A stretch of 64,000 nt of DNA from Acidobacteriota bacterium. Lineage in GTDB: Bacteria; Acidobacteriota; Thermoanaerobaculia; Multivoradales; J023. The stretch spans positions 293,144 to 357,143 of the forward strand of contig JBCCVZ010000005.1 in assembly GCA_039194425.1 (NCBI GenBank), read 5' to 3'. The translations under genes and the position numbers were made by a program. Below, piece after piece: positions 39,352 through 47,207 of the stretch (positions are counted from its first letter, which is position 1; each line of letters begins with the position of its first letter). The notes beneath the pieces are model-generated. The model searched no databases and was not told where the DNA came from. It saw only the letters and a program-made list of their open reading frames with translations.

Positions 39352-40091
39352 GCACACCCTCCGAGCCTTGGCGTGACGCCTTGTCCGCCGTGTCCCGCGA
39401 ACGCGCCGCGCGTGCGCCCGAGGTCACGGTCGCCGAGCTCGTCGCCTACCGTCGCGGCCGGCTCGCCGAGGACGACGCCAATCGGGTGCGCGAGGCGCTC
39501 GCCGCGCAGGCGTCTCTGCGCGCGCTCTACGCCGCGGTGCCGGCGGACGACCCCGAGCCGGTAGTCGACGATCCCGAGGTCGACGCGGCGGTCGCGTGGC
39601 TCCGAGAGCAGTCGGAGGGCGCGGACCGGGTCGTCGCGATCGACACGCGGCGCAGCGGCACGCCTTGGCGCACGGTCCTGGCGACGGCCGCGCTCGCTCT
39701 GGTCGCGGTGGCGACGGTCTTCGTCTTCGGTCCAGGGGCCGAGAATCCGCGTTTTGAGTTGGTCTTCGGTGTGCAGGATGAGGGCGTCCGCGGAGGCGGG
39801 CCGACGGTAAAGACGATCGAGGTGGAGCCGACGCGACCGTTCGTTCTCGTCGTGCCGGACGACCTGCTCGACGACGGGTCGTGGCAGGTCAAGCTGTGCG
39901 GTCCGATCCAGCATGTGCCGAACCGCCCGGACTGCGACGATCCGATCCTCAAGCACCCGGTCGACGCCGAGCATCGGGAGGTCGAGGTCGGACCGCTCGA
40001 TGCCGGGTACTACGTCGTCTTGGTCGAGGAGACCGAGGGCGCGAAGTTCCATTCCATGGTTCTCGAGGTGGTCCTCGACGACGACCGATGA
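39348..40091 (+). CDS. Putative membrane anti-sigma factor
   Basis: Coupled to the sigma gene (GTGA overlap); ASD-like ELVAYRRGRL; single TM; C-terminal extracytoplasmic domain. Confidence 0.7.
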   Translation: MSTPSEPWRDALSAVSRERAARAPEVTVAELVAYRRGRLAEDDANRVREALAAQASLRALYAAVPADDPEPVVDDPEVDAAVAWLREQSEGADRVVAIDTRRSGTPWRTVLATAALALVAVATVFVFGPGAENPRFELVFGVQDEGVRGGGPTVKTIEVEPTRPFVLVVPDDLLDDGSWQVKLCGPIQHVPNRPDCDDPILKHPVDAEHREVEVGPLDAGYYVVLVEETEGAKFHSMVLEVVLDDDR

Positions 40092-43000
40092 TCGCGGACT
40101 GGCCTCGAGCAGGGCAGCACGCACTCCGCCGGGACCTCATGCGCCTGCTTGCCGGCCTCGGGCTCGTCGGCCTGGCTGCTGCTCTTGTCTGTGGTTCCGA
40201 GGAGCCGGGCGTGGGGCTCGAGCTCGGTCAGCGGGAGTCGACCCAGGCGCTAACGGCCGGCCAGCAGCGCGAGCATCTGGTGGATCAGAGTTCGGACCGA
40301 GACGAGTCGGTCGTCTGCTTTGTCCAGTCGTGGCGACCGCATCGCGTGGACGCGGCGAGTGTGCGCCGCGTCGGTGGGCTGACGCTGCTGGTGACGACGA
40401 GCTCGATTCTTCGCGTCGACGCGCTGGGCGACGCCGGCACGGGGGGCGAAGTCGATCTCCTGTGCTCCGCTGCCACGCTCGCCGCCGCGCGCCGGGTCGA
40501 GGCGCTCGGCGAGCTCCTCGACATCGCCGAACGCCTGCGCGCCATGCCTGTGTCGAACGTCGCGGCGGCGGACTGGATCGATCAGACCTACGAGGCCGTC
40601 GCGCACGGTTTGAATGGCCTCACCGACGCCGACGATTCCCGATGGTGGCGACAGGCGGCGGGGGAGGTGACGCTGCGGCGGGCTCGCTGGCGCGCCGTGC
40701 GCGGTCACGCCAAGCTCGCTGACGCGCTCTTCCGGCGCGCCGCCGACAAGCTGGCGGCGGGCGGCGCCGTCGAGCAGGGGCATGCGGCGCTCCTGGTGGG
40801 AGTCAGCGACTTGCGGCGTCTCGGTCGCCTCGAATTGGCCTGGAAGCTCGCGACGACCGCGGTCGAGCGCGCCGAGGCCCTGGCAGACGACCGCGACGTC
40901 GACCCCGACCTCGCGCTCGAGCTACAGGCTGCTGCGTACGATCGCCTGGCGCGAGTCGAGCTCGACCTGCGCGCGCTGCAGTCTGCCCTGGGGCACTACC
41001 GGCGTGCTCTGGCGCTCGACCAGCAGCGGATCAAGCGGCTGCTCGAGGAGCCGGACGGGTCTCACGCCGGGGCGTCGACGTCCTCTCGCCGTCGCTGTGG
41101 TGTTCCCGGAGCTCAGCTGCCACTTGAAACCGTGATGTACGAGGAGGCGTGCGCTTTCGACCTCGCGCCGGCCGCCTTCACGTCCGGAAAGGGCGGCGTG
41201 CCGGGGTCCGTCGACCTGGCGCGCCGCCATCGGCGGGTTGGCGTGGCGCACCTCCAGCTCGGAGACTTCGACGACGCCATCCACTCCTTCCAGTGTGCCC
41301 TGCACTGGCGGACCGCCGACACGCGGTGGAACACGGTCGCTGGCGCCTGCCAGGGACTTGCTGATGCAATGCGAGAGCGCGAGGAACTCAATACGGCGCA
41401 GCAGATTCTCGAGGTCCTGGTCGAGCAGCCGGGCTCGTCGGCCGACCTCGCCGATCGGGAGAGGCAGCTCGGCCTGCTCGCCTGCAATGACGCCGAGCGC
41501 TCACCGACGCAGCGCCTCGAGGCTGCGCGCGCGCATCTGGCGCGCTCGCTCGCTCACGCCGATCACGAAGCGCTGGGCGGTTTGCGGGTCGACCTGCAGA
41601 TGGAACGCGCCGAGCTCGAGCTGTCGTCGCCCTGCGCCGATCCGCGCGAGGGTGACCTCAAGAGCGCCGCACGGGCTCTAGCCGACGTGGCGTCGGCGCC
41701 GGAGTCCGTGCTGACGCCGGCCCGTCGTGCGCACCTCGACTTCCTCCAGGGACACCTCGCCGAGGCGCGAGGGGACCTCGAGACCGCGGCCGCTGGCTTT
41801 GCTGCTGCGGCCCGGCGCCTCGATCGACTGCTGTCCGCTCCCGACACGTCGCTCCACCGCGCCATCGCCTCGATGCACCGTGCCGCGCGGGGACGGGACG
41901 AGAGAGTCGATCTCGCGGCGCGTGCGCGGGTATACCGGGAGGCGGAGATCCGTCTGCGATTGCGGCGGGGTACCGCTGAGAGCTCCGAGGTGTCGGCGGC
42001 CCTGGCCGAAGAGACGGCCGCAATGGCGCTCGGCTGGATCGGGCGCTCGGAGCTCTGGTGGCAGGCACGCCGCGCAGCCCGGGGCGCAAACGAGTCGAGG
42101 GGGCATGCGGCGCTCTCCGCCGATCTCGCAGGGGACGAGCTCGCGGCGTGCGGCACCAAATCTGTCACCAAGGCCGACCACGCAACCGGGGGCGACGACC
42201 GCGCCTGCCTCGACGCACTGCGTGCGCGCCTGCCAGACGACACCACCGCGTTGGTCTACTGGTACGGCGAGTCGATCGTCTACGCCTGGGCGCTGCGCCG
42301 CGAGCGCGTGCACTTTGCCTCGCTCGAACGCTTGCCCCTCGACAAGGCTCTGGGCAAGCTGCAGAAGGCGATGCAACCAGGCGCCGAGGAGGACGAGTTC
42401 GATGAACCGCTCGACGCCCTCTCGGCACAGCTCCTGGAGCCCTTCTCTGACTCGATCGACGCCTCCGAGCGCCTACTCGTCGTCCTCGACGGACCGTTGC
42501 ACGGCGTCCCCGTCTGTGCCCTCCGGCGCACCTGGCGCGACGCGGACCCACCCCTCGGGGGTGAGCCCGCGCCGCCGCTGATCGCGAGTCACCGCGTCGA
42601 GCGCACCGCGTCGCTGCCGGTGCACCTGGCGGCGCCGCAGCGTCTGCACGAGGCTCCTGGCGCGGAACGCACCGCGCTCCTCGTCGCACCGTTCTACGAC
42701 GGCTCGAACCACTGGCGGCCCCTCGACGGGCCAGAGCGCGAGGTGGCGGAGCTGGCGCTGCGCCTCGAGCCGGCGGCCGAGGTCGAGGTCTTGCGTGGCG
42801 ACGCGGCGACCAAGTCCGCGTTCCTCGACGCGCTGCCGTCGGCGAGGTGGGTCCATTTCGCCGGCCACGCCGACGGTTCGCTGCGCCACGCCGACGACGC
42901 CGTGCTCGCCCTGTCGCCGGGCCCCGCGGGTGACCGCGAGCTCCGCGCGGCGGAGATCGCCTCGCTCGAGCTGAGCGCCGAGCTGGTGGTGCTCGCCGCC

Positions 43001-43300
43001 TGCCGCAGCGGCCTCGGCGAGGAGCTCGACGGCGAAGGACTCTTCGGCGTCGCGCGCGCCATGCGCCGCGCAGGCGCACGGGCCGTCGTCTCGACTCTTT
43101 GGCAGATCGACGACGAGGCGACCGTTCCCTTCGTCCTCGACCTCTATGACCGTCTGCTCTCCGGCGCGTCGCCGTCGTCGGCGCTGCGTCAGACGCAGAT
43201 CGAGGCCGCGCGGCGAGGCATGGCGACTTCGGTGTGGGCGGCGTTCGTGCTCGAGGGCGACGGAGCGCCGCCGCTGGTCTCCGACCCGTCGGGTTCCTGA
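40088..43300 (+). CDS. Exported TPR + CHAT (caspase-like) protease
   Basis: Hydrophobic N-terminus ending ALVC; helical repeats; LDGPLHGVP, HFAGH, LAACRSGLG...GEG, STLWQI and WAAF motifs. Confidence 0.9.
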   Translation: MIADWPRAGQHALRRDLMRLLAGLGLVGLAAALVCGSEEPGVGLELGQRESTQALTAGQQREHLVDQSSDRDESVVCFVQSWRPHRVDAASVRRVGGLTLLVTTSSILRVDALGDAGTGGEVDLLCSAATLAAARRVEALGELLDIAERLRAMPVSNVAAADWIDQTYEAVAHGLNGLTDADDSRWWRQAAGEVTLRRARWRAVRGHAKLADALFRRAADKLAAGGAVEQGHAALLVGVSDLRRLGRLELAWKLATTAVERAEALADDRDVDPDLALELQAAAYDRLARVELDLRALQSALGHYRRALALDQQRIKRLLEEPDGSHAGASTSSRRRCGVPGAQLPLETVMYEEACAFDLAPAAFTSGKGGVPGSVDLARRHRRVGVAHLQLGDFDDAIHSFQCALHWRTADTRWNTVAGACQGLADAMREREELNTAQQILEVLVEQPGSSADLADRERQLGLLACNDAERSPTQRLEAARAHLARSLAHADHEALGGLRVDLQMERAELELSSPCADPREGDLKSAARALADVASAPESVLTPARRAHLDFLQGHLAEARGDLETAAAGFAAAARRLDRLLSAPDTSLHRAIASMHRAARGRDERVDLAARARVYREAEIRLRLRRGTAESSEVSAALAEETAAMALGWIGRSELWWQARRAARGANESRGHAALSADLAGDELAACGTKSVTKADHATGGDDRACLDALRARLPDDTTALVYWYGESIVYAWALRRERVHFASLERLPLDKALGKLQKAMQPGAEEDEFDEPLDALSAQLLEPFSDSIDASERLLVVLDGPLHGVPVCALRRTWRDADPPLGGEPAPPLIASHRVERTASLPVHLAAPQRLHEAPGAERTALLVAPFYDGSNHWRPLDGPEREVAELALRLEPAAEVEVLRGDAATKSAFLDALPSARWVHFAGHADGSLRHADDAVLALSPGPAGDRELRAAEIASLELSAELVVLAACRSGLGEELDGEGLFGVARAMRRAGARAVVSTLWQIDDEATVPFVLDLYDRLLSGASPSSALRQTQIEAARRGMATSVWAAFVLEGDGAPPLVSDPSGS

Positions 43301-43310
43301 GGGGCCTCTC

Positions 43311-43334
43311 AACCTTTTTCTGGCGCCGGGGTCT
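43311..43334 (+). promoter_or_regulatory. Possible ECF-sigma promoter upstream of the 49-aa peptide gene
   Basis: AAC-N17-GTCT, a generic ECF -35/-10 layout; short motif, weak evidence. Confidence 0.35.
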
Positions 43335-43397
43335 CCGCCCCTGTGCGCCATCGAATCATGCCGCCCGGCGCCGCGGCACGACGGAAGGAGACCTCTC

Positions 43398-43547
43398 ATG
43401 CAGTGGAACCATGCGCAGACCTCGATGCTCGACCTCGCGGCCCCGTTCTTCGGTGATCCGCCCGACGATCCGCCTCCCGGTGGCGGCAAGCAGGGCATCG
43501 ACGGCGAAGCCGAAGAGTCTCCGGGCTCGAGCTCGAGCCCGGGCTGA
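43398..43547 (+). CDS. 49-aa acidic Pro/Gly/Ser-rich peptide
   Basis: Strong RBS GGAAGGAG 7 nt before ATG; MQWNHAQTSMLDLAAPFFGDPPDDPPPGGGKQGIDGEAEESPGSSSSPG. Confidence 0.65.
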   Translation: MQWNHAQTSMLDLAAPFFGDPPDDPPPGGGKQGIDGEAEESPGSSSSPG

Positions 43548-43614
43548 GCACGGACGATGAACGCACGCGGCGGCCCGCCTCGGCGCGCCGCCGCGTTCTT
43601 GGGGACCGGATTCG

Positions 43615-44994
43615 ATGAAGAGCCCTGCACGGGACCTGCCGACAGGACGCTGCCTCGCCGTCGACGCCGAGAGCGGCGACTATGCCTTCGCGCCGATGAC
43701 GGCGTCGGCGCTGGCGCGCCGCATCGCCGGTCGTCCGCTGTCCCGCCGGCCCGTGGCCTATGGCATCGCCGCCGGCGATCTCGCGGAGGCCGGATGGGGC
43801 ATGATCGTGCCCCACGACCTCGACCCCCACATCGACGAGGCCCTGGCGCCGCTCGTGGGTCGGCGCCGCGAGGAGACCGGCGACGCGCTCTATCGCCGCC
43901 TGGTTCACATCCCGGGGCGCCGAGCCGGCGACCTGTTGGCCTCCCTGCGCGCCGGACCCGGCCGCGTCGACCCCCGGCGCTTGCCGTACTACCTGTTGTT
44001 CGTCGGTGATCCGGAGTCGGTGCCCTACGGCCTTCAGCACGACCTCGCGATGCAGCATGCGGTCGGTCGGCTCGATCTCGCGACGCCCGACGAGTACGCG
44101 GCCTACGCCTCGACCGTGCTCGCCGCCGAGGACGCCGCGATCCGGCGCATCGACGAGCGCTCGATGGCCGTCTTCGCGCCGCGCCACGGCGACGACCCGG
44201 TGTCGCGCGTGTGCCGCGACGATCTCGCGCGGCCGCTGGCCGACGCGCTGCGCCCCCGTCTCGGCGATCGTCTCGAGGCCATCGTCGGCGACCCCGCTGA
44301 CCGTGATTGCTTCGATCGCCTGCTCGGCGCCGAGGGACCGTCGTTGTTGGTGGGTGTCGGGCATGCGCTCACCCTGCGCCTCGGCCGCCCCGGCAGGAGT
44401 GAGCGCCAGGGCGCGGTGATCGGAGCCGGCTGGGGTGGGCAGCAGGCCGGGCCGGTGCCGCGGGCGCTCTGCTTCGAGGCCGAGGACGTCGGCGCGCGGC
44501 GGCTCGAGGGGCAGATCGTCGTCCTGGTCGGCTGCTTTACCGCCGGCACGCCGCGCGGCGACTCCTACGCGGCGCCGGAGGCGGCGGAGAGCTTCGGCGA
44601 CGAGGCGACGCAGGGCGTGCGCGCGCTCGGCGAGGGTGCAGTGCTCGATCCGCCCTTCGTCGCCGCGCTGCCACGGCGCTTGCTCGCCGCCGGCGCGCTC
44701 GGCGTCATCGGCCATGTCGATACCGCGTTCGAGCACGGTTTTCGCTGGCCGGAGGGAGAGCCGCAGATCGGTGCCTTCCGCGAGCTCGCCGAGGCGCTGC
44801 TCGACGGTCGCCGGACGGGCCTCGCGATGGAGGCCTTCGGACAGCGCGCGCTGCACCTCGGCCAGCAGCTGCTCGAAGCGACGATCGGCCGCGGCGATCG
44901 AGCGGTCGACGAAATCTACCGCTGGATCGCGTACCACGACGCGCGTTCCTACGTGCTGCTCGGCGATCCGGCGGCGCGCTGGCCGCGCGGCTGA
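43615..44994 (+). CDS. Gingipain/peptidase C25-like (clan CD) cysteine protease
   Basis: PYYLLFVGDP and AVGRL motifs; putative dyad GVGHA / LVGCFTAG; terminal YVLLGDPA. Confidence 0.72.
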   Translation: MKSPARDLPTGRCLAVDAESGDYAFAPMTASALARRIAGRPLSRRPVAYGIAAGDLAEAGWGMIVPHDLDPHIDEALAPLVGRRREETGDALYRRLVHIPGRRAGDLLASLRAGPGRVDPRRLPYYLLFVGDPESVPYGLQHDLAMQHAVGRLDLATPDEYAAYASTVLAAEDAAIRRIDERSMAVFAPRHGDDPVSRVCRDDLARPLADALRPRLGDRLEAIVGDPADRDCFDRLLGAEGPSLLVGVGHALTLRLGRPGRSERQGAVIGAGWGGQQAGPVPRALCFEAEDVGARRLEGQIVVLVGCFTAGTPRGDSYAAPEAAESFGDEATQGVRALGEGAVLDPPFVAALPRRLLAAGALGVIGHVDTAFEHGFRWPEGEPQIGAFRELAEALLDGRRTGLAMEAFGQRALHLGQQLLEATIGRGDRAVDEIYRWIAYHDARSYVLLGDPAARWPRG

Positions 44995-45009
44995 TTTGGA
45001 CACCGCGCC

Positions 45010-47184
45010 GTGAGAGGTCGTCGCCCAGCCCCTCGACATCAGGGACCGAGCCGGCATGCCCTGCTCGTCGGCGTCGAACGATACCCGGGCTTCGACGACT
45101 CGGTGACCCTGCGTGGCTGCCGCAACGACGTCGCGCTCGTCGCCTCGGTGCTGCGTGAGCGCTTCGGATTCGACGACGGACCGCACGCGGGACGCTTCGA
45201 CGTTCTGCTCGACGAAGAGGCGACGCGCGATGCGGTGGTCGCGGCGCTCGGACGGCTCTTGCAGGCCATCGCGCCGGGCGATGTCGCCGTCGTCTACTTC
45301 AGCGGCCACGGCTCGCAGGTCACCGACCTCGAGGGCGACGAGGGCGATGGGCTCGACGAGACGCTGGTGCCCTTCGACGGCACGCGGCGGGGGCCCCATC
45401 GCGAGATCACCGACGACGAGATCCACGCCTGGCTCGCCGTCGCCGCCGCGAAGACCCACTTCGTCACCACGATCTTCGACTGTTGCCATGCCGGCAGCCT
45501 GTGGCGCCACCGCGGTCCGATGCGCATCCGCCGGGTCGCGCCCGATCGGCGCTCGGCGGTGGCGCTGCGGAGACCGCCGCGTCCTTCGTGGGCGCGCAGG
45601 ATGAGAAGGAGCCGAGCGGACGGAGAGATCGCGCCGGTCCTCGACCACGTCCATCTCGCCGCGTGCCGCGACGACGAGCTGGCCGGCGAGTTGATGGCGT
45701 CGCAGACCGGCTGCGGAGTCCACGGCGCCTTCACCTTCCACCTCTGCCGGGCGCTGCTCGATGCCCGGGGAGACGCCACCTGGCGCGACGTGATCGAATG
45801 CGTGCGCGGCACGATCGTCGCCCACCACCCCGCGCAGACTCCGGAGGTCGAAGGCGCGCGCGATCGCCTGCTCTTCGGCGTCGGCGACCTGCCGCCGCGG
45901 AAGCATGTCTTGGTGAGCGCCCGTCGCGAGCCGACACGAGCGAATTCGGCCGGCGCGTCGCCGAGGGTCGAGCTGGCGGCGGGTGCGGCTCTCGGTCTCA
46001 CCGCCGGCTCGCTCTGGCGGCTGACAGCTCCGGGATCGCGCGATGCCTCGACTCCGGTCGGACGGCTGCGCCTCGACACGGTCGGTGCCGCGCGCGCCGC
46101 CGGACCGCTGCTCGAGGAGAGGTCCGCGGGCCTTGTCGCTGCCGGCTGCCGCGCCTTCGAGGAGGCACACCACCACGGCGACCCGGTGCTCACGGTCGGC
46201 GTCGCCCGCCGCGGCGTGACGCGCCGCGAACTGCCCGCGTCGTCGCTGCGGGCGCTGGAGCGAAGCCTCGACGCGGCGCCGCTGCTGCAACGCGTCACGC
46301 TCGACGAGGCCGAGGTCCAGGTCTGGGCGCTCGGCCGTCGAGGCGGCGCGGCGGCGGACGATCCGGTGCCGCAGCTCGGCGCTCTCGGCGAGCCGGTGTG
46401 GGCGTTGGTCGACGCCGGTGGACGCCTGCTCGAGACGCCGCGTCCAGTCGTGGGCGATGCCGACGCGCAGCGGCTCGGCGTCATCTCGAGACTCGTCACG
46501 CGCCTGGTGCGCCAGGCGCGCTGGCGTCGCGCCTTGGCGCTCGAGAACCCCGATCCGTCGAGTCGCCTGCGCGGCCGCGTCGGCTTCGAGCTGCTGCGGT
46601 GCTCGGAGGACGGCTCGTGGGGTGTGTGGCCAGCGGGGGAGGATCCGTTCTACGACGAGGGTGGACGTTTGGCGTTCGCGCTCGAGAACCGCTCGGCCGA
46701 GCCCGTGTACCCGTACGTCGTCGATTTCGGGTTCACCGGCGGCATCGATCTGCTCTACCCGCCGCGCGGAGGCCACGAGCTGCTCGAGCCGGGTCTCGCG
46801 CTGAGTACCGGGGTTGCCTCGACGATCGCCGATCGCTCGATCCGGCTCGGCTTTCCGCGCGACTGGCCGCGCTCGGACGATCCGGCGACCGGCCGGCCGA
46901 CTCCCGGGCCTGGCGTACTCAAGCTCTTCGCCACCACGACGCCGGTCGATGTCGAGCTGCTGACCCAGCCCGTGCCGTGGCGTACGCGCCCCGGTGAGCT
47001 GGCGGGAACGGGCCGACGCGATCATCCCCTGGCCCGGCTGCTGGCGCTCGACGATGGGCTACAGCGCCTGCGCGGTTTCGAGCTCGCCGAGGATTCGGCG
47101 CGCGATGGCGGTGCGTGGGCCGACGACTGGACGACCGAGATTCGTCGCTACCTGCTCGTCCCGTGGGACGAATCAGCACGCTGA
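45010..47184 (+). CDS. Metacaspase (peptidase C14) with C-terminal DUF4384-like domain
   Basis: ALLVGV, LRGCRNDV, YFSGHGSQ, DETLVP, IFDCCHAG, HGAFT and QTP motifs. Confidence 0.92.
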   Translation: MRGRRPAPRHQGPSRHALLVGVERYPGFDDSVTLRGCRNDVALVASVLRERFGFDDGPHAGRFDVLLDEEATRDAVVAALGRLLQAIAPGDVAVVYFSGHGSQVTDLEGDEGDGLDETLVPFDGTRRGPHREITDDEIHAWLAVAAAKTHFVTTIFDCCHAGSLWRHRGPMRIRRVAPDRRSAVALRRPPRPSWARRMRRSRADGEIAPVLDHVHLAACRDDELAGELMASQTGCGVHGAFTFHLCRALLDARGDATWRDVIECVRGTIVAHHPAQTPEVEGARDRLLFGVGDLPPRKHVLVSARREPTRANSAGASPRVELAAGAALGLTAGSLWRLTAPGSRDASTPVGRLRLDTVGAARAAGPLLEERSAGLVAAGCRAFEEAHHHGDPVLTVGVARRGVTRRELPASSLRALERSLDAAPLLQRVTLDEAEVQVWALGRRGGAAADDPVPQLGALGEPVWALVDAGGRLLETPRPVVGDADAQRLGVISRLVTRLVRQARWRRALALENPDPSSRLRGRVGFELLRCSEDGSWGVWPAGEDPFYDEGGRLAFALENRSAEPVYPYVVDFGFTGGIDLLYPPRGGHELLEPGLALSTGVASTIADRSIRLGFPRDWPRSDDPATGRPTPGPGVLKLFATTTPVDVELLTQPVPWRTRPGELAGTGRRDHPLARLLALDDGLQRLRGFELAEDSARDGGAWADDWTTEIRRYLLVPWDESAR

Positions 47185-47207
47185 CCGCTCACAACCTCGG
47201 AGACGAC

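Noticed and set aside
43396-47025. 1209-aa minus-strand ORF opposite the protease genes
   Set aside because: Arg/Ala-rich with no domain motifs; the plus-strand genes carry clear catalytic motifs.
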